Shown: positions 38,177-51,560 of the stretch, in pieces
How the letters are laid out: every line of letters starts with the position of its first letter
How positions within the stretch are numbered: position 1 is the first letter of the stretch
From: the human T2T-CHM13v2.0 reference genome, Homo sapiens
Assembly (NCBI RefSeq): GCF_009914755.1
Contig: NC_060942.1
Length of the DNA stretch: 64,000 nucleotides
Strand: one strand, 5' to 3'
Position numbers and translations under genes: made by a program
Notes under the pieces: generated by a model
Database searches by the model: none
Seen by the model: the letters and a program-made list of their open reading frames with translations, nothing else
Told to the model about the DNA's origin: nothing

Positions 38177-41146
38177 ACTTAGACGGGAAGAACGGGCTCT
38201 TCCTGCTGTCTCCTTTTCCTTTGTAATGCTCCCAAACTCCAAGTTGCTATTTCGTTTTGCTTTTAGGACTTCCTTAAGCCAGTCTTCAAGGACAGGTCTG
38301 CTGGCCACAAATTCCCCTTGTTTTTCTCATCAGAGAGTGTCTTTATTTTCCCTTCATTATGGAAGGATCTTTTCACCAGATACAGAATCTGTGGCTGATG
38401 GTTATTCTAATTCAGCACAAGGAAAACCTTGTGCCACTGTGTGTGGCCTCTGCAGTTTCACAGGGAGAGTCTGCTGTCATTTGAATTGCTGTTCTGTGGA
38501 TAACACATCGTTCAGCTCCTGTCCCTTTCAAGACTTTTGCTCTGTTACTCTTCAGGAGTTTCATCACGATGCACATTAGCCTGAATTTACTTGAGTCTAT
38601 CCTCTTTGGGGTTCATGTAGCTCTTTGAGTCTATGTGTTTACATCTTTTGCCAGATCTGGGAAGTTTTCAGTCGTTATGTTATTCAAATACTCTTTCATC
38701 TCACTCTCTTCTCTTCTCCCTACTGAATTCTTATGAGATAAAAGTTGGGATTTTTTGGTTGTTGTCCCATAGGTCCCTGAGCTCTGTTTATTTTGGAATT
38801 CTTAAATTCTATCTTCTCTCTGTTGTCAGATCATGTAAATCCCATCAACCCATCCTCATAGCCACGGACCCTGTGCTCTGCCATCTATACTCTGCTGGTG
38901 AACTCACCTGGTGAGTTTTATGTATTCAGTGATTGTATTTTTAGCTATATAATTTCAGTTTGTTTTTAGTGTAAGTTCTATGTTTTCGCTGATTTTTTTC
39001 TCATTTGTTTCAAGATAATTTGTAACTGGTTGTTGAATTACTATTATGACGGCCCTTAAAAATCCTTGGCCGCAGTTTTGACATCTGGTTCATCTTAGGG
39101 TTTGGTGATGGTTGATTGCCTTTGTTCAAGTTGTGATATTCCTGGTTCTTGGGATGATGAGTGATTTTTTGCTGTGTCCTGGGCATTTTGTCTGTTACGT
39201 TAGGAGACCCCGAGTCCTTAAACTTCCTATCGAAGCAGCATGTCCTGGTGTCGTTGTGGTCGTCTCGGTTTCTGTGCCACGCTGGGTTCCACCGGATTCT
39301 GCTGGTGGCGTCTGGGGCCAGAGGAGCTTCCCCGGGCTGGTGGTGCAGGGAACCCTGGCTCTCCATCTCCCTGGGGGACAGGACTCTTCAGCCTGGGGAG
39401 GAAGGGGCTTCCCACGCTGGCTGTGCTGCTTGCATCAGCTTCACCTTTGCTGGTGTTCCCTGAAGCCCTGGTGTCTGTGTTTCTTGTGAGGAAGGAGAAC
39501 TTTGGGTTTGTAGAACCAAAAGGCTGCCTGACCCAGCTCTTGCGATGAGATCCTTTCCTGCTGGTGCCCAGTCTTGTCTGGATGTGTCCGGGTTGGGGAG
39601 GAAGCCGAGGCCCCGCAGGGAGGCAAGGACGCCTGTGGTACAGGACGCTCTGGCCAAGCCCTGGGCCTTCCGGGACTCACCTGCGGCTGGTGGCAGAACC
39701 TGTTCCCTCCAGGCGGACAGGGCCTCCCTGCTGCCTTCTGCCGCTCACACACGCTGGGTTGGTACTTTAAAGAGTGTGTTTGTGTCATTAGTTAGATAAA
39801 AAAAAATGAGTTCCAGAAGCTAATGGAAGTTGGTATCTTACAGTCCTCTCTTGCTTAGTTGGCACCATCTAATTGAGCTTTCCTTTCTTCAGAAACAATT
39901 GCCAAATTAACCCACTGACAGGTCCTGATCCAATAGTTTCCACACCTGGCTGCATTTTCCTTTACCTAAAATAGTAAAATTCTGTAACTATGTGGTTCTC
40001 TACAGAATGAATGGATTAGCTCATCCGTGGTGGTGGCAAAGGGTGACCAGCAGTCTTCGAGGCTCTTCAAGTCATGCAGAGGCACCTGCCTGGCTCTGTC
40101 CTGAAGATGGCGTCTGGGAACTACTACAGTCTCTTAAAATCCACACGTCCCCCCTCAGACTGCTGGAGGTTAGTCACGTTTTGTGGTTATAAAGTAATTT
40201 CAAGGGTCAACGTATGCTATTACATTCACATTCCTATTATGCAGGAGCACATTAACCATTGTAGATTAACCATTATATTTTACATCAGAATAAATGCTCG
40301 GGTCTTAGGAAGAAGGGGAACAGCTGACAACCCCCCCGCCTCCCAGTAAAGAGCAGCATCAACATGAAGGCACTAAGGGGAATGACGTTGGGAACTGTGC
40401 AGCAGCCGACGCCCTGGCTCTGGTCTGGAGCTTGGTACCCACACCTGGATGTGTGCCTGTGTTACTGAGCAGGTGAAACAGACTCAGCTTCCATCGGCAA
40501 AACCCACCCAAGTTTGGACGCTGGACAAGGAGCTTCCGTTTCCACATCTTTCTCCTCCAGGGACTTATATGTGACCCGGGCCATTGAGAGGCACATTCAC
40601 CGCAAAGTCTTCAGACAGTATGAAGAAGAGGCCTGTTGGGTGGACAATCCATGGGCCACATGCAGATCACAGTTGGTGGAGAATCCTCACCCCCCAAGTC
40701 CCAAAGGGCAATGGGAAGATGTGTTCTCCCCAGGGAACCTGTGTGCTCACCTGTCCCGAGGTTCTGCAGGTGTGGCCTGGCTCTCCCATGTGGCACAGGC
40801 AAGGGTTGGGGCTGGGCCGGCTCTTCAGCTGCCTCTGTGTTGCCTGTGTGAGCCCTGATGGAGCTTGCTCAGGCCTCAGGGTCATCTATGGCCACTGCCC
40901 ACCCACCCACCTTCCTCTCCACCTGCAGTCAGTCACCCTCATTTTTACCCCGGGCCTTGACCATCTGCTTCTACTCTTCCGTCTCAGAGTCCATTGTTTT
41001 GACAAACACTTCATGTCCAGCCTCACTTGGGTAACTCACTTTTGAGGTTAGGAAGCATTTTCTTCTCCCAACAGAATCTGGATTTGTTTAAAATGCTTGT
41101 TTTGGATGTGGGCTTCACGGGTCTGTTCAGGGAGAAACAAGCAAAC

Positions 41147-41231
41147 AAGGAAGGGTCAGCCATTCCCCTCCTTCCACGGTGGTCTCTAAAGGAAGGGTCA
41201 GCCATTCCCCTCCTTCCACGGTGGTCTCTAA
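41147..41231. repeat. 42-bp perfect tandem duplication
   Basis: AAGGAAGGGTCAGCCATTCCCCTCCTTCCACGGTGGTCTCTA x2. Confidence 0.93.
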
Positions 41232-41269
41232 CAGACCAGTTTTCATGAGGCTAAGGTGCTTGTGTGCCT

Positions 41270-41781
41270 CCAAGAGAGGGTTCTTGGATTTTGCACAAGA
41301 AAGAATTCTACGCAAATTCATAAAGTGAAAGCAGTTTATTAGGAAAGTAAAAGAATAAAAGATTAGCTACCATAGGCAGAGCAGCCTGCGAGGGCTGCTG
41401 GTTGCCCATTTTTATGGTTATTTCTTGATGATATGCTAAACAAGGGGTGGATTATTCATGCCTCCCCTTTTAGGTCATATAGGGTAACTTCCTGACGTTG
41501 CCATGGCATTTGTAAGCTCTCATGGCGCTGGTGGGAGTGTAGCAGTGAGGATGGCCAGAGGTCACTCTTGTCGCCGTCTTGGTTTCGGTGGGTTTTGGCT
41601 TCCTTACTGCAACCTGTTTTATCAGCAAGGTCTTTATGATTTGTATCCCATGCCAACTTCCTATCTCAACCTGTGACTTAGAATGCCTTAACCATCTGGG
41701 AATGCAGCTCAGTAGATCTCAGCCTTATTTTACCCAGTTCCTATTCAATATGGAGTTGCTCTGGTTTAAACGCCTCTGACA
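41270..41781 (-). mobile_element. MER41A-type ERV1 solo LTR
   Basis: Reverse complement starts TGTCAGAGGCGTTTAAACCAGAGCAACTCCAT; contains AGGGGAGGCATGAATAATCCACCCC (the A-type junction); the 3' terminus appears clipped. Confidence 0.88.
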
Positions 41782-42029
41782 CTTTTAGAGGAAGCTCTGT
41801 GGAGCCCAAGACGGGCAGGTGTCAGCCGCTGGAAGAGCAGGGAGAGGGACAATGGTGCTTTGGGAAGACAGAGTGGTGTTTCCAACCTTGAAGACAGAGT
41901 GAGAATGGATTGTTGGGGAAACTGCCTGAAACACAGATTAAGAATGAAGCTCAGGCCAGGGCAGGGGAGGGTCAGGTGATGGAGCCTCTGATGCCAGGGC
42001 TGGGGGTGTTTCACCTTATTCTGGAAGCC

Positions 42030-42500
42030 GTAGTGGTGTGCAGAGTAATGGACCCCCAAAGATGCCCTCACCCTAATCCTGGGACCTGCGAGATTCTCAT
42101 GTTCCATGGCGAAGGAGGACTAAGGCTACAACTGGAAATCAGGCTGCCAATCAGCCGACCTGAAAACCAGGGTTGTCCTGGACCATCAGGTGGGCCGAGC
42201 ATGATCACAGGAGCGCTTAGATGTGGAAGAGGGAGGCAGAAGATTCAAGAGGGATTCCAGAGACTCAATAGGCCACTGCTGACTACAAGGCTGGGGGAAG
42301 GGGCCATGTGAAAAGGAAGGTGGAAAAGGCAAGGACAAGGTTCTCCCTGGAGCCTTGAGAAAGAAGTGTAGTCCTGCAGGCACCTGGATTTTAGCCCAGG
42401 GAGACGCACATTTGACTCCTGAGCTCAAGACTGTGAGATAATAGATTTACCCTGTTGAAAGTCACTGCAGTTGCAGTGGTTGCTAAGGCAGCCATAGGCA
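42030..42500 (+). mobile_element. MLT1D-like MaLR LTR
   Basis: AATGGACCCCCAAAGATGCCCTCACCCTAATCCTGGGACCTG...GGAAAAGGCAAGGA...GATTTTAGCCCAG...GCAGCCATAGG. Confidence 0.82.
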
Positions 42501-42739
42501 TGGGCAGACATGCCACAGGAAGGCTGTTGTGAGCAGAATTTCAGCTAAGGGCCTTCCAGCAAAGGGCCATCATGAACAGAATTTGTACACAAGTGCCCTT
42601 GATGAGAACACACCTGTAGGATTGGGTGGCAGGACAACAGCCCAGACCCCGGGTGTGGACTCCTGCAGGAATCCAAGCAGAGGTGGACGGCTGTGTGGTC
42701 ACAGCAGGGGCAGCAGGGATGGGGTGCAGGCAGGCAAGC

Positions 42740-42892
42740 GCTTGAAGGATAAGAAGAAGGCAGAAATTCCGCGGCTCGGGGCCCACAGCCTGGAAGGAAC
42801 AGGGGGCGATGGCGTGCTTAAGGGATAAGAAGAAGGCAGAAATTCCGGGGCTCGGGGCCCACTGCCTGGAAGGAACAGGGGACGATGGTGTT
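42740..42892. repeat. 76-bp tandem duplication
   Basis: GGATAAGAAGAAGGCAGAAATTCCG(C/G)GGCTCGGGGCCC...GCCTGGAAGGAACAGGGG x2. Confidence 0.9.
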
Positions 42893-44029
42893 CAGGAGTG
42901 GGCTTCTCCGGGGGACGGTGGCCCCAAGAACCGAGGAGGAGCTCGATGGGCGTCTGAAGGGTCTTCATGAGCCTTGGAGGGGTTGGCTTTGGGTACGCAT
43001 GGGAAATACGCAGAGGGTGGCGTTGTGGGAGAGTTGTGGGAGTGAAGAGGAAGTGCTGCGCTCTAGAGGGAAGTTCAGAAGTTGTTGGGGTACAAACGAT
43101 AGCTGAAGTTGACCAAGGGATTGAGAAGGAAGGAATTGAGAAAACAACGAGGTGGAGGCGGAGGAGGAGCAGAAGGCCAGGATGTAGGAACACAAGGTCA
43201 GAATAAGAGGGGCAATAGCGGGTAAAGGACCCTGTAGGGAAAAGAGAGGGAAACATAATGAAAATAAGTAGAAAAACACAGAGAGCAAGGCTGCAGAAGG
43301 GATGTTGTCACTCAGAAGCCTGTTAACACGGTGACATTGCCTAGGACTTCTCAATGAATACACAGTCACGTTTCTACAGTCCTCGAGATCCTTCCTGGGA
43401 GTGTAATTGCATCCCCTCTCCCCAGCCCAATGAAGAAAGACAGAGAGGAATGAGCGGAATTGGGTTGTGATGTGGAAGAGGGTAGAGTCAGCCCAATTCT
43501 TAGGGCATGGCGGTCACTAAAATCCGCTAAGAACTAGACTAACTCTACCTTCTTCCATATCCCAGAACATGACTCAGAATGCTGCTCTCTCTCTCTCTCT
43601 CTAAAATAAAGGATCTTTGCAGAACCTGGGCCAAACGCTTGTTAGCCTCAGCAGTGTGAACACAACCACGGGGCTCCTCCTGGTTTCTTCTTCAGCCGTA
43701 ACTGGTGATAGACGTTCTGAGCTCCATTCGCGTAACTCTCTGAATGCCCTGTATTTTACGCTGCTTCTCTTTAAACAAAGAGACAAATTGCCCTTGAAGA
43801 CAATACCTCAGATGCGATGTTGCCCTGCGGAGCAAGCTGATGCCCTGATCCTTCCTGCTCCACACATCCAATGCAGCCAGGGATCCCGGCTGAGCCCAGC
43901 CGATGGCTTCCCATCCCTGCTCCACACTTTCTAGCCGACTTCCCTGTGGCATGTCTATGGAGATTAAGATAAATTAAAACATTCAGAGCCCTTAGAGCCA
44001 GGCAGGATGTACTCAACAGCGGAACCGCC

Positions 44030-44209
44030 GCTCCCTGGAGCTGGGCCTGCGTGCACCAGAGCCAAGTCTCACATTTCCGGGAATTCTGTGAGCCAGTGGT
44101 AGCTTGAAATCAGCCACAGTAGGAAATTAGCAGACATGACAAATTGGGTTTTTGTTTTTGTTTTTAGTTTTGGAGAACCAGTTGTTAAACATTTACCAGC
44201 ATACTGCTG
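44030..44209 (+). mobile_element. MER63-like hAT DNA transposon remnant
   Basis: TGGTAGCTTGAAATCAGCCA...GAGAACCAGTTGTTAAACATTTACCAGCATACTGCTG resembles the MER63 terminus. Confidence 0.7.
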
Positions 44210-46201
44210 GGTTGCCTTTTGAATATTTTAATAGAGGCTTGTTTGTTTAACCCACTTGTAGAATCATTTTATCTCCTTATTTTACTTATCATAATTATTT
44301 GGAATTTAATTTTTCATTTCTTAATGTCTTCCTCCAGACCTTACTACCACCACCCAGCTTTTGTCATCCTCAAGTTGGATAAGTTTGTTTGTTTTAGTAT
44401 AACACCTTCTACAATTCGCTGACAAAATTCTGCGAAGGATGAACTGAAATAGAATCTGAAAAGAAGCAGAGAGTTGCAGAGGGAGAATCTGCGGAGTCCA
44501 GGGTGGTGAACAAGGAAAGCCTCAGCTCACTGAGCAGGGCAGGGCCTTGGAAGGTGCTGGCTGGATCACAGGCTCCACAGAAGGCGGGAACAAGGCTCTG
44601 GACCAGCAAAGCAGCCAGAGGCATGACTGGGCTGTGGGCAGGACAGGGCCATGGGAGCACTGGGAGCCCCCTCTGTGCACCTGCGCCGGGCGTCAGTGGC
44701 TGCGGCCACCAGGATCCACCTTCCTTCTTCCAGATGCCCCTCTCTCAGCGTTCAGACTCGAACGGTCATTCTGCTGCCTAGCTGTGGAATTACACAAAGC
44801 ACATTGCCTGGCTTCTTTTTTCCATTTTCTAAATCGATCCTCACTGTGGAAATTCTCTACAGGAAGATGAGAGTAGTCAAAAAACTTCCGGTGAGGACTG
44901 TGGTACAAGCACTAGGTGACCCCAAATTGCACAGACCCAATTTCCCACACTTGCACTTACCAGTAAGTGTTTCTCTTTCATTCAATTCTATGACCACTCA
45001 TGTAACCAACATGCACTCAGCTTCCTTCTAAAGGAACAGCCCAGTTTTCTGAGTTTTTGCACGTAGCTCTAAGATCTCCTACATACTTTGAAGTTCAATC
45101 TCAATATTCCTCAAGTCAAGGTCAACCTTTCTATAGAAAAGAGTCAAGGACAGTGACCCCATAAAAAATAATAAAGGAAAGAAAGAGAAAAAAAATGATG
45201 CAAGAGCAAAGAAAATAAAATTTAAAAAAGACACAGCTAAGGACTTTACTTGAAAACAATGTATCCAAGGAGTAAGTGGGGAACCTGTCCTAGGATAAGT
45301 GGAGTCTCAGAGGACGGCTGGGATTCTTCAAGACCTCACCGAGCTGCCAAAGTCCCTTCTGACTTTGGTGGATTGGCTGCACCACCAGTGCAGCCAATTT
45401 GGTGGATCAGCTGCATTGACTCCAGCCACAATTGCTACCTAAAACTCAGCCTGTGGTTTCACACAGAGGCCTATACGCCGAGACCAAAGAGAAGGAGAAA
45501 GTCGAGAGTGCGTTAGGGCCCTGTGATACCTCGACGGAGCGGGAGGTGGACACTGTGTTAAAGACTCCTTGCAGATGGCCCGAAGGAGAATGGAGACAAA
45601 ACGCCCCTCAAGTCAGGAGGGATGGGCAAGTGGTCTCCCATGCCACAGAGAGTTCCAGTAAATTCAGGGCATTCAGGGCGGCAGAAAAAAAGCTCTAGAC
45701 TGACCGTCAAGTGAAGAAGTCATTGCTGTACTTGACGGAAGTGGATGTGGCGGAATGTGAAGCGGAACTCGCACAGAACAATTTAGGCTGTAAAGGGAGG
45801 GTGGGGAAAGGAGTGAGGTCGGAAGAGAGCGCGGCCTCCTGCTTCTGAACTGGGTCCCATTCCAGCAGCTTCAGCATTGGCAGCTTGTTAGAAATGCAAG
45901 TGCTCAAGCTGAAGTTTGACAACCACAGCTGTGGCTAGACCTTCAAGGGAGCTTTACTTCAATAAGAAGGAGAGGAGTGGGTGACAGGCGCCATCCTGGC
46001 TGTGATCATATAAGTGCCCAGGAGGCTGAGTGGGTGAATCGGCTGAGGCCGGACAAGGGAGATGACTGTCAGAACCAGGTGCCAGGCAGGAGAAAGGGGG
46101 TATATCCCACAAGCAGAGGGCTCAGCTGGGGAAGACAGAGGCAGGGCTCTTCTTACCTGAGATTTTAAAAGCCTCCTAGGAACTTTTATTTCAAATACAT
46201 C

Positions 46202-46543
<342 letters not shown>

Positions 46544-46951
46544 TTATTCTCCCTGCCCTTAGAGTTGATTAGTGAATATATATCCGTTTTCAAAATCATC
46601 AAAAAATCTTTCACTATTATCTTCAGTTACCCAGATTCAAATATCCCCGATGTCTTAAAGTAAAATCCCAAATGCCTGTTTTCCAAAGAACCAATGTCTT
46701 CAATATACTCTGCTGTTTAGTGTGTTAAGTAATTTAGGTGAACCAGAAACATGTTCCATCCTGAGAACCCAAGAATCTTTGTTTACAGTTATTTTAATCC
46801 CCAGTGAATTATTTAAAATAGCTATGCATGTTATTATATTGTTTTCATCAAGGGCATTTGAGCATGTTATGACATTAATTATAGTCTGTGTAACGTAAAT
46901 TGAATACAACAGAAACGGTGTATTCTGTTGGGCAGAAACATGCATAGTGGG

Positions 46952-47622
46952 TGTGATGGTTAATACCAGGTGTCACCTTGATGGGACTGAAGGATGCCTA
47001 GATGGTTGGTAAGGTATCGTCTCTGGGTGTGTCTGATGAGACTGAAGGAAGCCCAGATGGCTGATAAAGAATCGTTTCTGGGTGTGTCTGACGGGACCCA
47101 ATGATGCCTAGATGGCTGGTAGAGTATTGTTTCTCAGTGTGTCTGGGAGGGTGTTGCCAGAGAAGATGGACATTTGAGCCAGTGGACTAGGAGAGAAAGG
47201 CCCACCCTCGATGTGGGTGGGCACCATCCAATCGACTGCCGGCGCAGCTAGAACACAGCAGGCAGGAGAGGGTGGGATGAGCAGTTTGCTGAACCTCCTG
47301 GCTTCCTTCTTTCTCTCCCTGTGTCAGATGCTCGCTTCTGCTCCTCCTGCCCTTGGACATCAGGCCCCAGACGCTTCGACCTTTGGACTTTGGGACTTGC
47401 ACCAGTGGCTTTTCTGTGGGCTCTCGGGCCTTTGGCCACAGACTGGAGGCTATGCTGTAAGCTTCCCTGCTTTTGAGGCTTTTGGACTCAGACTGAGCCA
47501 CTGCTGGCTTCTCTCTTCCCCAGCTTACAGACGGTGTTGTGATCATCTGAGCCATTTCTCCCAGACACTCCCTTTCCCACGTGCATATTAGTTCTGTCCC
47601 TCTGGACAACCCTGACTACTTC
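46952..47622 (+). mobile_element. MLT2 (ERVL) solo LTR with internal 55-bp triplication
   Basis: Starts TGTGATGGTTAATACCAGGTGTCACCTTGA, ends TATTAGTTCTGTCCCTCTGGACAACCCTGACTA; 55-bp unit at 46980, 47035 and 47090. Confidence 0.9.
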
Positions 47623-48639
47623 GGTGCGTTCTTCAGTGACTTGCAGTTTTTATCTGGTGTTAGATATGTGTCTTAAAAATACTACTACTATTGACACAGT
47701 GGTGTTGCTTTAAAATAATTTTTGTAGCATCATTCACCACTATTTATTTAATGGGAGACTGCTTTAACAAAAGTAAACCATCCCTTTTCCATATTCAAAG
47801 GAGTAGCTACATTCAGTGGTTTGGTGAAATTCAGAGGGATGTGTCTACTTAGAGGTGTTCTCCACCAAAAAGAAAAGCTGGTTCTCTGTTCCGAGGTTCA
47901 GAGAAAAGCGGAGGGAAAAACAAAGAACTGTTAATAAAATTCCAGTTGAAGGGATCACACTTTTATGTACTTGTAGGGAGTGTATCGACTTTTAATCCTC
48001 AAAGAGGAGAATGGTTTTGATTCTTTTGGTCAGATTTATAAGATAAGTTTCTTTCTAAAAATCTGTCTTGAGCATAAAAATAGCCCCCTCTGTCTATTTT
48101 TAAAGAAAAAGCCATGACGTGAATACATCACGTTTTCCTTAGAGTTTGTAAAAACACTTTGATTTCTGCTTATGATGGAAAAAAAATCAGAGGCATTCCA
48201 GAGCCCCCTCCTCCCTAAACCTGATGGAAATGTGAAATTACTGATGGTGTCAACATTCAAGGCACAGCCGAGCGATGAGTGTGGTCTGCCGACCTCTAGG
48301 CTCCAGGCACCGTCAGCGGACGGGGCGTAGCTTCTTCGCGAAGGCGGCACTAGCTGCCACTTAAAGCACCAAAATAAGTCATAGGAATTTTATGTCAGTA
48401 TTTGTGTGGAAGATGGAAAAGTCTACATGATTTAAAAATACATTTTCCTTTAAAATAAACTGAACAGGATTCCAAAATTAAGCAAGTTCAACAATGGCAA
48501 TATAATGAAATTGATTCTTGTAAAACAGCTTAATGTCTTTCAGTAAATGACTTACTCTAGGGTGTTAATAAGACCAGTGTTCATGATACAATACTTGACC
48601 CAGACAGACCTCCCCACGCAGTATAGCTCTGTTCATCTG

Positions 48640-48858
48640 CCCGCCCCTCCTCCATCCACCCGCCCAGCCTCCACCTCTCCACCCTCCTCCTCCGTCTGCC
48701 CTCCCACCCCCAAACATCCATCCCCATCCCTCCACCTCCCCACAGCCCTCTCTGTGCCCATTTTTCCAGCCAAGAACTGACCATCCACCATCCACTCATC
48801 CCTCCTTCCCCCAAACACCCCTCCACCCAACCTCCACCCTCCACAATCCACCACCCAT
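48640..48858. repeat. C-rich low-complexity tract (CCA/CCT)n
   Basis: Many C3-C5 runs; G-rich on the minus strand. Confidence 0.8.
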
Positions 48859-49190
48859 TGCTCGAGTGTCTACTGAGTAATAAGCAGATTTAGACAATGA
48901 TAATGCAATTGTGAGGAGACACACTCTCAGGAGTTTCCCGTTCTATGGGAGAAACACGTGAGTACATAGGAAATTACAATACACCATGTGTAGTACTGTA
49001 ATGAAATATTGACTTCCCAGATAATTAAAGGACAAATAGGAGTGGGATATGGGGATAAAGGGGGTTCCCTGGAAAGGGGAAGGGTGAAGAACCACGATGT
49101 GCAAAAAGAGGAGAGTGATGGTGTAGCCAAGGAATATTAAATATTCTCATATGGCTGGAATATTGCATTTGGGAGGAGATGCACCTTATA
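48855..49190 (-). mobile_element. L2 fragment
   Basis: GAGTGTCTACTG...CTCTCAGGAGTTTCCCGTTCTATGGGAGAAACAC resembles the reverse L2 3' region. Confidence 0.5.
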
Positions 49191-50229
49191 AAATAAATTT
49201 AGATTTTGAAACTATCTGATGACAGCAATGATGTTTAATTACAGCCTTCCCCACACAGAAAGAAAGAAAACTAAAAGGATTTGATTAATATTTCACTAGC
49301 CTCACTTTTGCTATACTGTAAGTATCTCACTGGGAAATCAAAAATAATACTTTTATTCTGTGGCCATAAAAAATTTATTACAAACATGGTCATGAGTGGT
49401 GGAGGCACAAGAAAAATCACGAGAAGTTGTGTTTAGATTAATGAGACTGATAACCAATACCTCCCTCCCCCAAAAAAATGTATCTTAAGAAGTCTGTATC
49501 TCATTTATAATAGACCAGTAATTTCCCTTTTGTGATGGTTTAAAGGAGGCAAGCTTTTACTGGAACCAGGAATAATTCCCAAATTATTTGTGTCTGAGGC
49601 TTATGCAAGACCCACATAAGAGTTATATATTAGAAATGGTTCTGATTATAGAAATTCAAAATGAGAAAAATGGCACCTTTCTCTTGACTTTCTTCCCGTT
49701 GAACAAACAAACAAAAATACCAATGAACACATTTTTTTAAAAAAATCAAAGATGATACCAATAGAAAATAATTTGAACTCAAAGCTGGAATTGATTCTAA
49801 TTTTTATTTCCTTCAGAATAGCATTGCAGTTCCTTTGATGATGCTATTGCAATAATCTATGAAAATAAAGAAAGAAGAAACAGCAGCTGGCTGGTTCTTC
49901 ACGTCCAACGAGGGCACACTCTCCACGGAGCCGCCGTTTAGAATGCTTGACCTTCACACAGACAAGCTTTCACAGGACTCTTCAAGGAACTGTGCAGATA
50001 ACCAATGGAAACGGGAGCGAGGCACTGGGAACATTACACAATGTGAGCATAGGGTACGGATGCTCAAGCTTCTCTAGCCTGTGCCCCTGCCTGGGACCAC
50101 GCCATGTCACCCCCATGGACGGGCACCCCTCCGAGCGGACACTGCCTTCCCTCTCCAGCGACTGGGCATCTTAACTCAGTGCCTGGTCTGGTGGGAGGAA
50201 GCTCTGGGCTCACCTAAACCCTCCCTATT

Positions 50230-51560
50230 GAAACCGAAGCCCATTTCCTCTTTTCCTATCGTCAGTGTAGAGAGGAACAGCTGGTCACCACCCTCCACAT
50301 AATAACCCTTCAGCATCCTGAAGATGGTTATTAGGTCAGCTTCTCTTCTCCAGGCTAAATAATCACAGATCCTTTAATCTTCCTCATAGGTCCTATTTTC
50401 CGAGTCTTTAATCGTTTCTGCTGCTCTCTACTGAATCCCTTTCAGCTGCTTAAGTCCTGGTGTGTCACCTCTTCAGAGGGGTGGCACGCACCCTTTGAAA
50501 AGCTGGGCAGCCAAAGACGTAGCAGGTATGTCTCCAGTGACAGAGACGTAGCAGGTATGTCTCCAGTGACAGAGACGTAGCAGGTATGTCTCCAGTGACA
50601 GGCAAATTCGGCCCCACAGTACAGCCAAATGGCTGTGAAAGCCGCTCCTCTCCATTCCTTCGGGCAGGTGGCAAACAGGGCAAGACACTCACCTCCTCCC
50701 CACCGGCAAAAACAGAATCATGACAGTAGTAACGACAAACATAAAAACTAAACTGATGACACAAAAACAAGAGACTGAGACCAATGTCAAGTTTTTAAAA
50801 CTGTAACTATGGCAGTTGGGATAATATAAATAATTACCATTTGGACTGGATAATGCATCTCATGTGATTTTTAAAAAATAATTCACAAGCTTCCTACATT
50901 GGTCTTTTTTGTTTTTAAATTTCCAAATGACTTTGTTGCATCCTTTTCAGCATAGGGTCCAGGTCTTCTTCTGTCAGATTCCAACTCCATCGACTTCAGT
51001 TCCCACAACAGGGCCTTGCGAGCTGAGATGCTGGTGGGAATCACCTGAAGGCCACCTGGCCAGCCCCCCGAGAGCTTGGCTGCTGCGTGTGCTGTGGCCT
51101 GGGCTTCAGTGTGTTTGCAAAGCTCCCCAGGTGAACATAACGTGCACCCAGGGTGAAACTGTAGCCGTGAATGTCTCCCAGGCAGCTCCCCACACACATG
51201 CTGGTAGGATCACTACACTGCACTCCCTGGGCTGACCCTTGTATCTCCTCTGACCATTTAGTTAGATTTCTTGGTCATGATTAAATCTGTTCCTATTCTC
51301 TATGGTGTTATCTGCTCCTTCCAGCTTGGTTTCTTTGTACACTTAATGAACATACTTCCCATCCTATCATTCAGAAAATTAATGAAAGTGCTTAAACAGC
51401 ATTGAACCCAGGATTTTCCTAAGGGAAACACCACCTGTTATGTTCTTTCATATTGACATTGAGCCACTTGTAAGTATGCTTTGAGTCCAGCCTCAAGTAT
51501 GATTTTACTTATGATTTAGGCAGTCTTTTCCCATATGTTGATTGGAATTTCACACACAAT
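50230..51560 (-). mobile_element. L3/CR1 LINE fragments (two blocks, ~50230-50465 and ~51260-51560)
   Basis: TTCTCTTCTCCAGGCTAAATAATCACAGATCCTTTAATCTTCCTCATAGG and CCCATCCTATCATTCAGAAAATTAATGAAAGTGCTTAAACAGCA are typical antisense CR1 RT-region motifs. Confidence 0.7.
50515..50601. repeat. 29-bp perfect tandem triplication
   Basis: AGACGTAGCAGGTATGTCTCCAGTGACAG x3. Confidence 0.95.

Larger units (their letters stand above)
35085..39250 (-). mobile_element. Old L1 (L1MC/MD-like), fragmented, hosting 5S and MST insertions
   Basis: Minus ORF 35766-35957 contains CWECKMVQPLWKTVW (ORF2 C-terminus); 3'UTR-like sequence at 35.1-35.7 kb; ORF1-region-like antisense sequence at 38.25-39.2 kb. Confidence 0.8.

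Noticed and set aside
39200-39790. CpG-island promoter
   Set aside because: GC-rich but only moderate CpG density; lies at the 5' side of an old L1 and has no clear core promoter
41270-41781. MER41 as an interferon-gamma/STAT1-inducible enhancer
   Set aside because: This copy has the A-type junction (GGGGAGG|CATGAATAATCC), which lacks the segment carrying the tandem GAS sites described for MER41B
39010-45950. Numerous overlapping 60-185 aa ORFs in the GC-richer segment
   Set aside because: No recognisable domains, present on both strands in several frames, as expected by chance at higher GC
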